Below are positions 1 to 9,041 of a DNA stretch of 45,705 nucleotides, one piece after another. Under the pieces are notes generated by a model that was not told where the DNA came from, did no database searches, and saw only the letters and a program-made list of their open reading frames with translations. Numbering within the stretch: the first letter of the stretch is position 1; each line of letters opens with the position of its first letter. The DNA is from Thermoproteota archaeon (GTDB lineage Archaea > Korarchaeota > Korarchaeia > Korarchaeales > Korarchaeaceae). The position numbers were made by a program, and so were the translations under genes. The DNA is taken from contig JAOZFN010000002.1 in the NCBI GenBank assembly GCA_027492205.1, forward strand, positions 1 through 45,705. The letters are read 5' to 3'.

Positions 1-1
1 G

Positions 2-1318
2 AGGGCCAGGAGGCTCGCTCTCGCAGCGGCGGAGGCTGCCGTCAGGTCCGCCGACCCAAGGCTGGCCATTAGGAAGTGCTTTTCCGCCTCCGAGAGGTAT
101 GCGGAGGTGTCGGGAGTCCAGGTCGACCTCTCGGGCGCGGTCTACGTTCTGGGGGCCGGGAAGGCCACGGGCAGGATGGCCGAGGCGATTGAGGGTCTGC
201 TCGACGGGAAGATCGCGGCGGGTTCCATAAACGTCCTGAGGGGGACGGAGAGCGTCTTCTCCCTCCAGAGAATCGCGGCCCACCCTGCCGGTCACCCGAT
301 CCCCGACGAGGGGACCATCGAGGGGACCAAGAGGATACTCGAGTTGGCGGAGCGGGCCGGAGAGGGGGACGTCGTCTTTGCCCTCATATCGGGGGGCGGG
401 TCGGCCCTCATGGAACTCCCCCAGAGGGGCATCAGCCTGGAGGACCTCAAGAGAATGAACGACGTGTTGATCAGGTCCGGCGCGACCATCCAGGAGATCA
501 ACGCCGTCAGGAAGCACGTCTCCAGGGTCAAGGGAGGCCAGCTGGCCAGGGCGGCCAGGCCCGCCCAGGTGGTCGGCCTCATAGTCTCGGACATAGTCGG
601 CGACCCGGTGGACTCTATAGCGTCAGGCCCGACCGCTCCCGACCCCACGTCCTTCGAGGATGCCTGGGAGGTCCTGGAGAAGTACGACATGGTGGGCGAG
701 ATGCCGGAGTCTGTTGTGGAGGTCCTGAGGCGTGGCCTCCGGGGTGAGCTGCCTGAGACCCCGAAGCCGGGCGACGAGGTGTTTGAGGGAGTCCACAACG
801 TCGTCGTGGCCTCCAACTCGCACGCCGTCTCGGAGGCGGCGAGGGCCCTCGCCCAAGAGGGTGTGAGGGTGGTGAACCTGGGATCCTTCGTCGAGGGCGA
901 GGCCAGGCACGTCGGAAGGGTGCTGGCGGGCATCCTCCAGGCGGCGAAGATCCAGGGCGTGCCGGCTGAGCCTCCCGTCGCGATCGTCTCCGGGGGGGAG
1001 ACCACCGTCCGGGTCACGGGCTCTGGAAGGGGAGGGAGGAACCAGGAGCTGGTTCTCGGGGCCGTGGAGAAACTGTCCGACTTGGAGGGCGCCGCCCTGC
1101 TCTCGATCGGCACGGACGGGATAGACGGGGTCACGGACGCGGCCGGCGCGATAGCGGATGGTCGGACGCTCGACAGGGCCCTAGAAGCCGGTATGAGGCC
1201 GTCTAACTTCCTGAGAGACAACAACTCCTACGAGTTCTTCAGGAGGCTCGGAGACCTGGTCCTTACGGGTCCGACCTACACGAACGTGATGGACGTCCAG
1301 TTGGCGGTGGCTCTCTGA
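2..1318 (+). CDS. Glycerate 2-kinase (MOFRL/DUF4147 family), 5'-truncated by the window edge
   Basis: GAGKA, HPIPD, LISGGGSAL, VRKHVSRVKGG, SGPTAPD, GGETTV, GRGGRNQE, GTDGIDG, TNVMD motifs; the frame stays open from position 2 (RARRLALAAAEAAVRSADP). Confidence 0.93.
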   Translation, partial: RARRLALAAAEAAVRSADPRLAIRKCFSASERYAEVSGVQVDLSGAVYVLGAGKATGRMAEAIEGLLDGKIAAGSINVLRGTESVFSLQRIAAHPAGHPIPDEGTIEGTKRILELAERAGEGDVVFALISGGGSALMELPQRGISLEDLKRMNDVLIRSGATIQEINAVRKHVSRVKGGQLARAARPAQVVGLIVSDIVGDPVDSIASGPTAPDPTSFEDAWEVLEKYDMVGEMPESVVEVLRRGLRGELPETPKPGDEVFEGVHNVVVASNSHAVSEAARALAQEGVRVVNLGSFVEGEARHVGRVLAGILQAAKIQGVPAEPPVAIVSGGETTVRVTGSGRGGRNQELVLGAVEKLSDLEGAALLSIGTDGIDGVTDAAGAIADGRTLDRALEAGMRPSNFLRDNNSYEFFRRLGDLVLTGPTYTNVMDVQLAVAL

Positions 1319-1376
1319 CCGGACATCTTCCTTTATATTTCGGACCGGACAGGTCCCCCGGCGACGAGGGTCTCTG

Positions 1377-1682
1377 ATGCCAAGGAAGAACCCGAAGGGC
1401 GGCAGCACCGCCCAGAGTGGATGGAAGGGACGCCTGGGACGCAAGAGGAGGATAGACATATACGCCCCGAGGGCCGGAGCGACGCAGTTTGGCAGGGAGT
1501 CCCCGCTGAAGGTGGGCGACGTCATCGAACTCCTGATAACCGACGTCACCAGGAGGGGCGAGGGGATCGGCCAGTACAGGGGCAGGACGGTCATAGTGAG
1601 GGGGGCGGCGGACCCTGGAGAGGTCGTCACCGCGGTGATTAAGAGGATAACCAGGGATGGCGTGTTCGCCGAGGTGGCCTGA
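1377..1682 (+). CDS. TRAM domain (RNA-binding) protein
   Basis: PLKVGDVIELLITDVTRRGEGIG...VIVRGAADPGEVVTAVIKRI...FAEV is a typical single TRAM domain; TTTATA upstream near 1332. Confidence 0.85.
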   Translation: MPRKNPKGGSTAQSGWKGRLGRKRRIDIYAPRAGATQFGRESPLKVGDVIELLITDVTRRGEGIGQYRGRTVIVRGAADPGEVVTAVIKRITRDGVFAEVA

Positions 1683-1685
1683 GCC

Positions 1686-2378
1686 CTGAGGAGGCGAGAG
1701 GACGGGCGCGGTGCGGGGGACCTGCTGAGGGCACTCGGCCTAACCAAGTCGGAGGCGGAGAGCCTCCTCTGTCTGCTGGAGACGGGCGTGGGGCTCACTG
1801 CCGATCAGGTCTCGCGCGAGACGGGGCTCCCACTGTCCACAGCATACAGGGCGCTGAACTCGCTCCACGCCAAGGGGCTGGTGGATGTCGCGCCTGGAAG
1901 GCCCATGACGTTCAGGTCCAAGCCGGCCGCGGACGTAATCTCCTCCGCCCTCAGTCTGGCGATGGAGACGGCCATAGAGGCCGCCGCGGGGCTGGCCAGC
2001 CTCCTCCCGTCGAGCTCGGACCCGCCCCACGTGGAGTTTGAGGTCTCCACGGGCGCCTGGCTCGTCCCCCTGAGGGGGGCCCGGGCCCTCGAGGCCGCCG
2101 CCTCAGCCCTGATCCGATCCGCCAGCGAAAGACTCATTCTCTGCCCCGGAGATCCACGGCCGCCCTTCTGGAGCAGGATACTGAGGCTGGCGGAGTCGAG
2201 GCGGGGCATCGAGCTGGACCTGACGGTGGAGCTGTCCGGCGGCGTAGGGGGCGCGTGCTCCTCATCCCCCCGCGCGGCGGTGACGTGGGAGCATGACGAA
2301 TCCGCCGGGTGGGTTGGGATTTACACGAGCCTCGACGGGCTCACGGAGGCGATCTGCAGCCGAATCTCTGGGGGGTGA
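1686..2378 (+). CDS. TrmB-family wHTH transcriptional regulator (start uncertain)
   Basis: LRALGLTKSEAESLLCLL...TADQVSRETGLPLSTAYRALNSLHAKGLV...GRPMTF; homology starts upstream of the first canonical start (1788). Confidence 0.75.
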   Translation: MRRREDGRGAGDLLRALGLTKSEAESLLCLLETGVGLTADQVSRETGLPLSTAYRALNSLHAKGLVDVAPGRPMTFRSKPAADVISSALSLAMETAIEAAAGLASLLPSSSDPPHVEFEVSTGAWLVPLRGARALEAAASALIRSASERLILCPGDPRPPFWSRILRLAESRRGIELDLTVELSGGVGGACSSSPRAAVTWEHDESAGWVGIYTSLDGLTEAICSRISGG

Positions 2379-3640
2379 GGGGGACGATCCTGAGGGCGGA
2401 CCTCCACATCCACTCGAGGTACAGCCGCGCCACCAGCCCCAGGATGGACATCCCACACCTGGTCTCGGCGGCCAGGCTCAAGGGGGTGGACCTGCTCGGC
2501 ACCGGTGACTTCACCCACCCGGGCTGGATGAGGGAACTCAGGTCTTGGCTCTCGAGAGGCGAATCGGGAGATCTCTACGAGTACGGCGGCGTCCTCTTCC
2601 TTCCGCAGACCGAGGTCAACCTTCAGTTCAGGAGGAGCGAGAAGATCCACCGAATTCACGTTGTGGTCCTCGCCCCGAGCCTCGAGGCGGCGGAGCAGGC
2701 CTCGGAGGTCGCGTCCAGGTGGGGTGACCTCGCCGTGGACGGGAGGCCGACCCTCTCCGTGGAGCCGGCCGAGTTCGTGGAGGCGATCGCGGAGGTGGAT
2801 CCTTGGATCGAGGTGATCCCCGCCCACGCTTGGACGCCATGGTACTCCGTATTCGGAAGCAGGAGCGGGTTCGACTCCCTTGAGGAGGCCTTCGGGGATC
2901 AGGTCATGAGGATACACGCCATAGAGACTGGCCTCTCCTCGGACCCCCCGATGAACTGGAGGCTGAGCTCCCTCGACCGGTACTCGCTGGTCAGCTTCTC
3001 CGACGCGCACTCCCCGAACCCCCTGAGGTTGGGGAGGGAACTCACGGCCTTTGAGGTCAGGGCCCCGGAGTACAGGGAGATAGTAAGGGCGATCCGCGGC
3101 GAGGGGACTTCGAGGATAGCCTACACAGTCGAGGTCCCGCCGGAGTACGGAAAGTACCACTACGATGGGCACAGGGACTGCGGGGTCAGGCTCCACCCGA
3201 GGGAGGCCACGAGTAGGGGGAACACCTGCCCGGTGTGCGGCAGGCCCCTGACACTCGGGGTGCTGCACAGGGTGGAGGAGCTGGCCGACAGGCCCGAGGG
3301 GTACAGGCCGCCCGGGGCCAGGCCGTTCTACAGCCTCATCCCGCTCGAGGAACTTCTGGCCATGGCCAACTCAAGGAGGGCGCTTCCCGACAAGCCGCAG
3401 GTCGTCTACGAGGCCTTGATTCGGGAGTTCGGATCCGAACTCGAGGCGCTCATGTCCGGCGACCTGGAGAGGCTGCGGAGCATTGCCGGCGACCTGGTGG
3501 CGCAGTCCGTGCGCGCCATGCGTGAGGGTAGCCTGAGGATAGAACCCGGCTACGACGGTGTGTACGGAGATATCATCCCTCCCGGGGAGACGTCCAGAGA
3601 CCCACCCGACTTCGAAGACCTCACGGACTACCTCTCTTGA
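2375..3640 (+). CDS. Endonuclease Q family (PHP domain plus Zn finger, TIGR00375-like)
   Basis: ADLHIHSRYSRATS, GTGDFTHP, PAHAWTPW, IETGLSSD, SFSDAHS, GKYHYDGHRDC, CPVCG..LTLGVLHRVEELAD, PGYDGVYG; GTGA overlap with the upstream stop. Confidence 0.9.
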   Translation: MRGTILRADLHIHSRYSRATSPRMDIPHLVSAARLKGVDLLGTGDFTHPGWMRELRSWLSRGESGDLYEYGGVLFLPQTEVNLQFRRSEKIHRIHVVVLAPSLEAAEQASEVASRWGDLAVDGRPTLSVEPAEFVEAIAEVDPWIEVIPAHAWTPWYSVFGSRSGFDSLEEAFGDQVMRIHAIETGLSSDPPMNWRLSSLDRYSLVSFSDAHSPNPLRLGRELTAFEVRAPEYREIVRAIRGEGTSRIAYTVEVPPEYGKYHYDGHRDCGVRLHPREATSRGNTCPVCGRPLTLGVLHRVEELADRPEGYRPPGARPFYSLIPLEELLAMANSRRALPDKPQVVYEALIREFGSELEALMSGDLERLRSIAGDLVAQSVRAMREGSLRIEPGYDGVYGDIIPPGETSRDPPDFEDLTDYLS

Positions 3641-3662
3641 CTCGATTAGGCGCCCAGCCGAG

Positions 3663-4457
3663 CTACTCGGCTTCCCCTTGGGACCCATCTGCCTGGCTGA
3701 TGGTGCGCCTAATCTCCCTGGGAGAGAAGACCCCCAGCGGCGCCCCGGGGAGGTGCGGGCCGACGGCCGGCACAAGGCCCCTGGCCTGGGTGTCGGCCTT
3801 GCAGACTAGGGCGTGACAGAGGAAGGCGAGCCTCTCAATCCTTATCACGTCCACTGCGTGTCCGGTCTTCCTGAGAGCCCTCCTTATCTCCCTGGCCGTG
3901 TAGCCAGACACCACGAGCACGTCGAGGCCCCTCCTGATCCACCTCTGGAACTCTGCCGCCTGCCTCGGGGCTATGGACGCGTCGACGGTCCCATTTTTCC
4001 TCCTCTCTACCACGATCCTCAGGGGCATCCGCTCCACGAACCCGAAGAGCCTCGCAATCAGCCTGGCTGGGAGCTTCTTCCCGCCTACCAGAGATCTCCT
4101 CAGCTCGTACAGGGGCACGAGGGCGTCTTTGTCCTCCACGAAGGCGTCGACGTACACCCCGTAGCCCACCCTGCCGAGGTCCGTGATGAAGCCCCTGAGC
4201 TCCTCTCCTTCCGACACCTCCTCCATGCTCTTCACCTCGCCGTACCTCAACCTCAGAAGGTTGGCCACCGCGACCTCGTCCCTGCCCTCGACCGTGGCGA
4301 GCACCCAGTCCTTATCGACGACGTCCAGATCGAGACCTTCGACGTCCATCTCCTCGATCTGCGACATGATCTCCCAGCCAAATTCCTCGAGCCTCCTGTC
4401 CAGAGACCTTCCGTAGATCTTCTCGGCGAGCAGTACCCTCTGAACCAGGGCTATCAC
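3663..4457 (-). CDS. DUF2110 family protein
   Basis: KIYG, GRVGYGVYVD, GHAVDVIRIERL, KADTQARGLVPAVG motifs; lies directly downstream of tfe. Confidence 0.75.
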   Translation of the reverse strand: MIALVQRVLLAEKIYGRSLDRRLEEFGWEIMSQIEEMDVEGLDLDVVDKDWVLATVEGRDEVAVANLLRLRYGEVKSMEEVSEGEELRGFITDLGRVGYGVYVDAFVEDKDALVPLYELRRSLVGGKKLPARLIARLFGFVERMPLRIVVERRKNGTVDASIAPRQAAEFQRWIRRGLDVLVVSGYTAREIRRALRKTGHAVDVIRIERLAFLCHALVCKADTQARGLVPAVGPHLPGAPLGVFSPREIRRTISQADGSQGEAE

Positions 4458-4987
4458 CCCAGCAGCCTGAGCACCTCGTCTATGGCCTCAACGAGCCCGT
4501 CTATCTTAGACAGCATGGCCTCCCTGTTTTCGGGCTCTAAGGAGGCTCCGCACACCGGGCAGGTGACCTCCCCGCCGTCCATGAGCATCGGGAGGATGTC
4601 GTCCGACCTCACCCTGTGGTGGCTTGGGTCGTTGGCGCACACGTAGAACTCGCTGAACTCCTCCAACCTCCGCCGACCAATAAGGAGATCCCGGATCCTC
4701 TTCAGCCTTGACCTCAGGAAGTCTCTTGAGTTGGCGAGATTCAGCCTCCAGTAGACCCTCCTCCCTCCTTCCTCCAGCTCCTCGGTCCTGAGCTGGTGGG
4801 CGAGGTTCGCGTCCTGGAGGGCGTAGAGTATCCTCCTGACCTCCTGCTGGGTCATATCGAGCCTCTGCGCCAGCTCCACCTCGTAAAACTCCTCGACGGA
4901 GGCTAACTCCAGCAGCGACTTCGCAATCTCAACGTCGCCGACGGCTGCGGCGACCGCGGCGAGCGCCAAGTCCCTCTCTTCCATCAC
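4454..4987 (-). CDS. tfe: Transcription factor E (TFE alpha)
   Basis: wHTH (ELAQRLDMTQQEVRRILYAL, YWRL) plus Zn ribbon FYVC...CPVCGASL followed by a helix. Confidence 0.8.
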   Translation of the reverse strand: MMEERDLALAAVAAAVGDVEIAKSLLELASVEEFYEVELAQRLDMTQQEVRRILYALQDANLAHQLRTEELEEGGRRVYWRLNLANSRDFLRSRLKRIRDLLIGRRRLEEFSEFYVCANDPSHHRVRSDDILPMLMDGGEVTCPVCGASLEPENREAMLSKIDGLVEAIDEVLRLLG

Positions 4988-5015
4988 TACCTCTTCGGTA
5001 ATGTTCCCGCAGGAA

Positions 5016-5022
5016 TTTTATA
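5016..5022 (+). promoter_or_regulatory. TATA box for tRNA-Thr
   Basis: TTTTATA about 25 nt upstream of the tRNA in a GC-rich context. Confidence 0.55.
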
Positions 5023-5046
5023 GAGCCTACGGAGCAGAGTCAGCGA

Positions 5047-5123
5047 GCCCCGGTAGCTCAGCTCGGCAGAGCGGCCGCCTCGTAAGCGGCAGGTCGCGGG
5101 TTCGAGTCCCGCCCGGGGCTCCA
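5047..5123 (+). tRNA. tRNA-Thr(CGU)
   Basis: Cloverleaf GCCCCGG...; anticodon arm GCCGC-CTCGTAA-GCGGC; GTTCGAGTC T-loop; encoded CCA. Confidence 0.95.
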
Positions 5124-5187
5124 CCCACCTCGACTCCTCGCCCGCTGGACGTCCAACCCCGGCGAGTCGGCGACCAGCCGCGCATTT

Positions 5188-6158
5188 TTGGGCAGGCTGA
5201 CGGTTCGGCGCGAGGTGCGCGCGGAACTCTCGCGGAGCGATTGGGTTGCTCTAGCTCTCTTCGGGCTGACGGCGTCTATATTCGCCGAGATCTCATGGAC
5301 TCCGGGGGTAGCCGCAGGCAGGTTGGCGGTCAGAACCGCGGCCTTTGCCGCGACGGTCGGGCCGTTCATACTCCTAGGCTCTCCCACGGCCAGACGCCTC
5401 CTCAGTCGCACCCTCGTGGCGGCGACCGTCGTCTGGCTGCCCCCGATGGTTCACGTCGCCTTCATGACGGCGGGGTGGACCGACGAGAGCCCCGTTGGAC
5501 TGGCGGCGTACTCCGCCGCCCTGACGGCGCTGGCCCTCCCCCTCAGGGGGAAGAGGCTAGACCTCTGGGACGTCCCGCTCATTTTGGCGGCCTGGCTGCC
5601 CGCCGAATTCGGTCTGCTCAGCGGCGCCGACCTGACCTCGGGCCTCTCGCTCTCCACCCTGGCCCCGATGACCTCCGGGGCCGGTTTCATCATGCTCCTC
5701 CGGGGCCTAGAAGTGAGGGTGGACCACGGCCTGAGGCGCGGGGGCGTCGTGGCGTCCGTGAGGGAGTTCGCCCTGGCGGCCGCAATCCTCGTCCCAGGCG
5801 GTCTCGCTCTAGACTTCATCCGCCCCGGGCCAAGGGATCTCGAGCTCCTTCCCCTGAGCCTGCTAGTCATATACGTTGGGACCGGCCTCCCCGAGGAGAT
5901 CCTGTTCAGGGGGGTGATCCACGAGCTGTGCGAGGTCAGGCTGGGGCCCGGCAGGCTGGCAATCCTCGCATCTTCTCTGATCTTCGGGGCGGCTCACCTG
6001 AACAACGGGCCTGTCCCGAACGTCAAGTACGCCGCGCTGGCGACGGCGGCGGGTTACTTCTACGCAGGGCTTGCCTATTCTCGGGCAGGAACGTGTCCGC
6101 CGCCGCGCTGACGCACGCCCTCGTGGACGCCGTCTGGTCTCACTTCTTCTCCGGCTGA
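5188..6158 (+). CDS. CPBP (Abi/CAAX) intramembrane metalloprotease with an apparent 1-nt frameshift near 6090
   Basis: EEILFRG and FGAAH motifs in one frame; the final motif THALVD (HxxxN/D) is in another frame ending at 6158. Confidence 0.8.
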
Positions 6159-6231
6159 GGTTCCCCCGCGCCACGGGCCCCCACACCGGCCCCCGCTCAA
6201 ACTTTAGTAGGAGGGCGCCTCACCACGGCCA

Positions 6232-6297
6232 CGGGCGATGATGCCGGGAGGGGACAACGGACCCCAGGGATGACGGCCCACCCCTCGGGCTGAGCCG
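6232..6297 (+). ncRNA. Candidate box C/D guide sRNA
   Basis: C-like GCGATGA (6235-6241), D' CGGA (6258-6261), C' GGGATGA (6267-6273), D CTGA (6290-6293); two 16-nt guides; TATA-like TTTAGTA at about 6202. Confidence 0.55.
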
Positions 6298-6313
6298 CCC
6301 CGGGTGACCCCTC

Positions 6314-7273
6314 ATGCCAGCCCTGGTGTTCCTGCTGCTGTCGGGCGCTCTCACGACCTACATAGCCTGGTCCATCGGGACGAACGACGAGACCATGGCC
6401 GCGGTCGGCGGGAGCAGGATCCTGAGGATGGGCCAGGCCGCCCTGCTCGGCGCCGCCCTAGACTTCGTGGGCGCGACCCTGCTCAGCTCCAACGTCGAGG
6501 AGACGCTCGGTCAGGATCTGGTACCCGGCATAGGGCTGGCGGAGGCGGCGATAATCTCGCTGGCCGTTGCGACTTGGCTGGTGGCGGCCTCGTCTTGGGG
6601 CTGGCCGGTCTCGACCACCCACGCGGCGGTCGGCGCGGCCGTGGGGCTGGGCCTGGCCGCGGGGAGGGGGGTGAACTACGGCGTGCTGGGCGAGGTGGCC
6701 CTGGGGTGGGTCGCTTCACCCGCCCTCGGGGCCGCAGGATCGTGGCTGGCGTACTCGACCTTTCGCCGATTCGTGCTGAGCAGGGCGAGGGGGCTGTACT
6801 CCAGGTGCAGGGTCGAGTACTACTCCTCCTACGTTCTCCTGCTCGCCTCGTCCCTGACGGCACTCTCCCGGGGTGGGAACGACGTCGCAAACGCAACCGC
6901 TTTCCTCAAGGCCGCCCTAGGCGGTTCGACGATGGTCACGGTGCTCGGAGGGGTCGGCATGGCCTTGGGCCTGGCGACCCTGGGGAGGAGGGTCCTGGAG
7001 TCGGTCGGGGGAAGGCTCGTGGACCTGACCCCGACGTCGGCCATGGTTGCCCAGCTCTCGACGGCCTCCGTGATGTTCGTGGGAACTCTCCTGGGTCTCC
7101 CTCTCTCCGGAACGCACATCCTGGTCTCCTCCCTGGTGGGAATAGCCGCCGCAAAGGGATCTCCAGTGAACGTGTCCGAACTCGCCTCGGTCGCGTTCGC
7201 CTGGATCGTGACGTTCCCCGCGGCCGGCGCGCTCGCCTTCGCCCTCACGCGTGCCTACCTATACCTCGCCTGA
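6314..7273 (+). CDS. Inorganic phosphate transporter (PiT family)
   Basis: Duplicated PiT signatures IGTND / GGNDVANA, GWPVSTTHA, GLPLSGTH; many TM helices. Confidence 0.9.
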   Translation: MPALVFLLLSGALTTYIAWSIGTNDETMAAVGGSRILRMGQAALLGAALDFVGATLLSSNVEETLGQDLVPGIGLAEAAIISLAVATWLVAASSWGWPVSTTHAAVGAAVGLGLAAGRGVNYGVLGEVALGWVASPALGAAGSWLAYSTFRRFVLSRARGLYSRCRVEYYSSYVLLLASSLTALSRGGNDVANATAFLKAALGGSTMVTVLGGVGMALGLATLGRRVLESVGGRLVDLTPTSAMVAQLSTASVMFVGTLLGLPLSGTHILVSSLVGIAAAKGSPVNVSELASVAFAWIVTFPAAGALAFALTRAYLYLA

Positions 7274-7288
7274 GGTCCTCCCCGCCTA

Positions 7289-7948
7289 TCACCCCTGCAT
7301 CCTGACCACGATGGCCCTGAGAACGTCTGAGGCGTCCTCACAGAAGTCTGCTATGCTTTCCAGCTCCTCTATGAGTTCGGCCACCACCGACGCCAGCCCG
7401 GACGGGGGGTTCATGCCGGAGAAGGTCCGCAGGGCCCTCATGTGGAGGGAGTCGCACAGCCTCTCCCCCTCCTCCACCTCGTCGCAGTGTCTGGAGCACG
7501 ACTCGTAGTCGGACCCTATGGAGTCTATCGCCCTCCTCAGGGACTTGACGGTCTCCAGGTCTGCCTCGGCCATCTTCACGAGATCCTCGGCGAGCACGCT
7601 TAGCTCACCGTGAAACCTCACGTGAGTCAGGTACCTCGCGGCGTCCATCGCGCTGTCGGCTATGCGGTCCAGCCTCCTGACCAGGTGGATGACGTCCTGC
7701 CTGCTGAGGGGTGGGAGCACCCCCTTGCCTAGAGAGGCAACGACCTCCCTTCGCTTCGAGTCCGCGGCCTCCTCGGAAGCCCTGACCTCCCCTATCACCC
7801 TGAGGGCCTCGGCATCCCTCCCCTCGGCCTTCGCCCTCAGCGCCCTGACCAGCTCCGAGACGGTCTCCTCGACGAGGGCGGCGTGCTCCCTGACGAGTTC
7901 GAAGCTTGACCTCCACATACGGTCCCTGAAGCCTAGGCTGAGGGGCAC
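7289..7948 (-). CDS. DUF47 / TIGR00153 phosphate transport regulator
   Basis: EEAADSKRRE, PPLSRQD, LDRIAD, IADFCEDASD; adjacent to PiT. Confidence 0.88.
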   Translation of the reverse strand: MPLSLGFRDRMWRSSFELVREHAALVEETVSELVRALRAKAEGRDAEALRVIGEVRASEEAADSKRREVVASLGKGVLPPLSRQDVIHLVRRLDRIADSAMDAARYLTHVRFHGELSVLAEDLVKMAEADLETVKSLRRAIDSIGSDYESCSRHCDEVEEGERLCDSLHMRALRTFSGMNPPSGLASVVAELIEELESIADFCEDASDVLRAIVVRMQG

Positions 7949-8160
7949 TCTCCTCTCAAGCTCCCCCTCCCATAAAACGGTGTGGTGTACCGCAGATCCG
8001 CGAGCGCCTCCCGTGATTTCCTCTCCAACCGCGTCTGGAACGGCCTTGAGCGAGGACTCTTGCGAGGTGAGACTCGCATGGGCCTAACTCCGCGCAGGAA
8101 GACCGCGGCGTCCGCGGGATCCCCGCCTCCCACCCTACGGTCCTACTTTTTTACAAACTC

Positions 8161-8190
8161 TTTTATAAAGTAGTACTACAAAGTACAACT
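8161..8190 (+). promoter_or_regulatory. TATA box plus palindromic operator of the vapBC pair
   Basis: TTTTATAAA followed by the perfect palindrome GTAGTACTAC (8170-8179). Confidence 0.55.
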
Positions 8191-8191
8191 A

Positions 8192-8416
8192 ATGCCAATT
8201 TCGCTGAAGGTGACCAGGAAGGGCCAGGTAACCATCCCGAAGAAGTTCAGGGAGATGCTGGGGATAGAGGAAGGCGATCTGATATACACGGAGATCGAGG
8301 GAGACAGGATAGTGCTGTGGAAGCCCGGGCTTCCGGAGCCGGGAGAGGCGGTGGGCGAGGAGGAGTACCTCAAGATCCTGTCCGACCTCGAGGAGGAGAG
8401 GGCGCGTTGGCGCTGA
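8192..8416 (+). CDS. AbrB/MazE/SpoVT-type antitoxin
   Basis: KVTRKGQVTIPKKFREMLGIEEGD. Confidence 0.9.
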   Translation: MPISLKVTRKGQVTIPKKFREMLGIEEGDLIYTEIEGDRIVLWKPGLPEPGEAVGEEEYLKILSDLEEERARWR

Positions 8417-8798
8417 TACTCGACACCCGCTTCTTCATAGCCCACACCTTCCCGCCCACAGAGCGGGATAGAGAGAGGCTCAGGGAGTTCGTCGTCAGAA
8501 GGGCGGGAGAGGGCTTCGTCATACCGGCCGTCGTCGTCGCCGAGTTCATCAAAGTCGCGGGGAGGAGGCTCGGCTCCGAGGCGGCTGAGGTGAGGCTAAA
8601 GGTCTGGATCTCGAGCGGAGCCAAGGTGGCGCCGATAGACGAGCGCGTGGCCCTCGAGGCGGGGAGGATGGCACTGGCCAGGGGAGTCCCCCTGGCCGAC
8701 GCCCTCGTGGCGGCCGTGGCCAAGTCCACGAGAGGGATAGTGGTCAGCGACGACCCCACTTCCGGGTGTTAGGCGTCAAGGCGACTTGGTACAAGTAG
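8407..8798 (+). CDS. VapC PIN-domain toxin with an apparent frameshift at the C4 run 8754-8757
   Basis: ILDTRFF, VVAEF, LADALVAAVA, VVSDD; adding one C restores the PIN-like tail PHFRVLGVKATWYK*. Confidence 0.8.
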
Positions 8799-9041
8799 GG
8801 AATTGGCTCAGGCGGTCTCTATGAACTGGCATTCTGGAGCCGACTCCGCGCGCGAGGGAGTAGCAAGTAGATCGATGCTTACCCAGATCGCTAATGGTAG
8901 AGCCGAAAAGAGGTTGGATCAGCTGCTTGTCGACCTATTGAGGAGGATCAGGGATCAGCGACCCGCAGGTTATATGAACCCTCGGCTCGATCCCTTTGGC
9001 TTCCTATACTTGAGAGGCCACCGCGTCCCTCCAGATTCCCT

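Noticed and set aside
292-1224. Long antisense or alternative-frame ORFs (e.g. 292..1224, 2321..3268, 6304..7305, 25575..26639, 34098..35381, 34106..35719)
   Set aside because: Shadow ORFs of high-GC genes that overlap well-supported CDSs and have no motifs
5001-6158. 385-aa ORF as a real gene
   Set aside because: It runs through tRNA-Thr; only its last ~22 codons are meaningful, as the frameshifted tail of the CPBP gene
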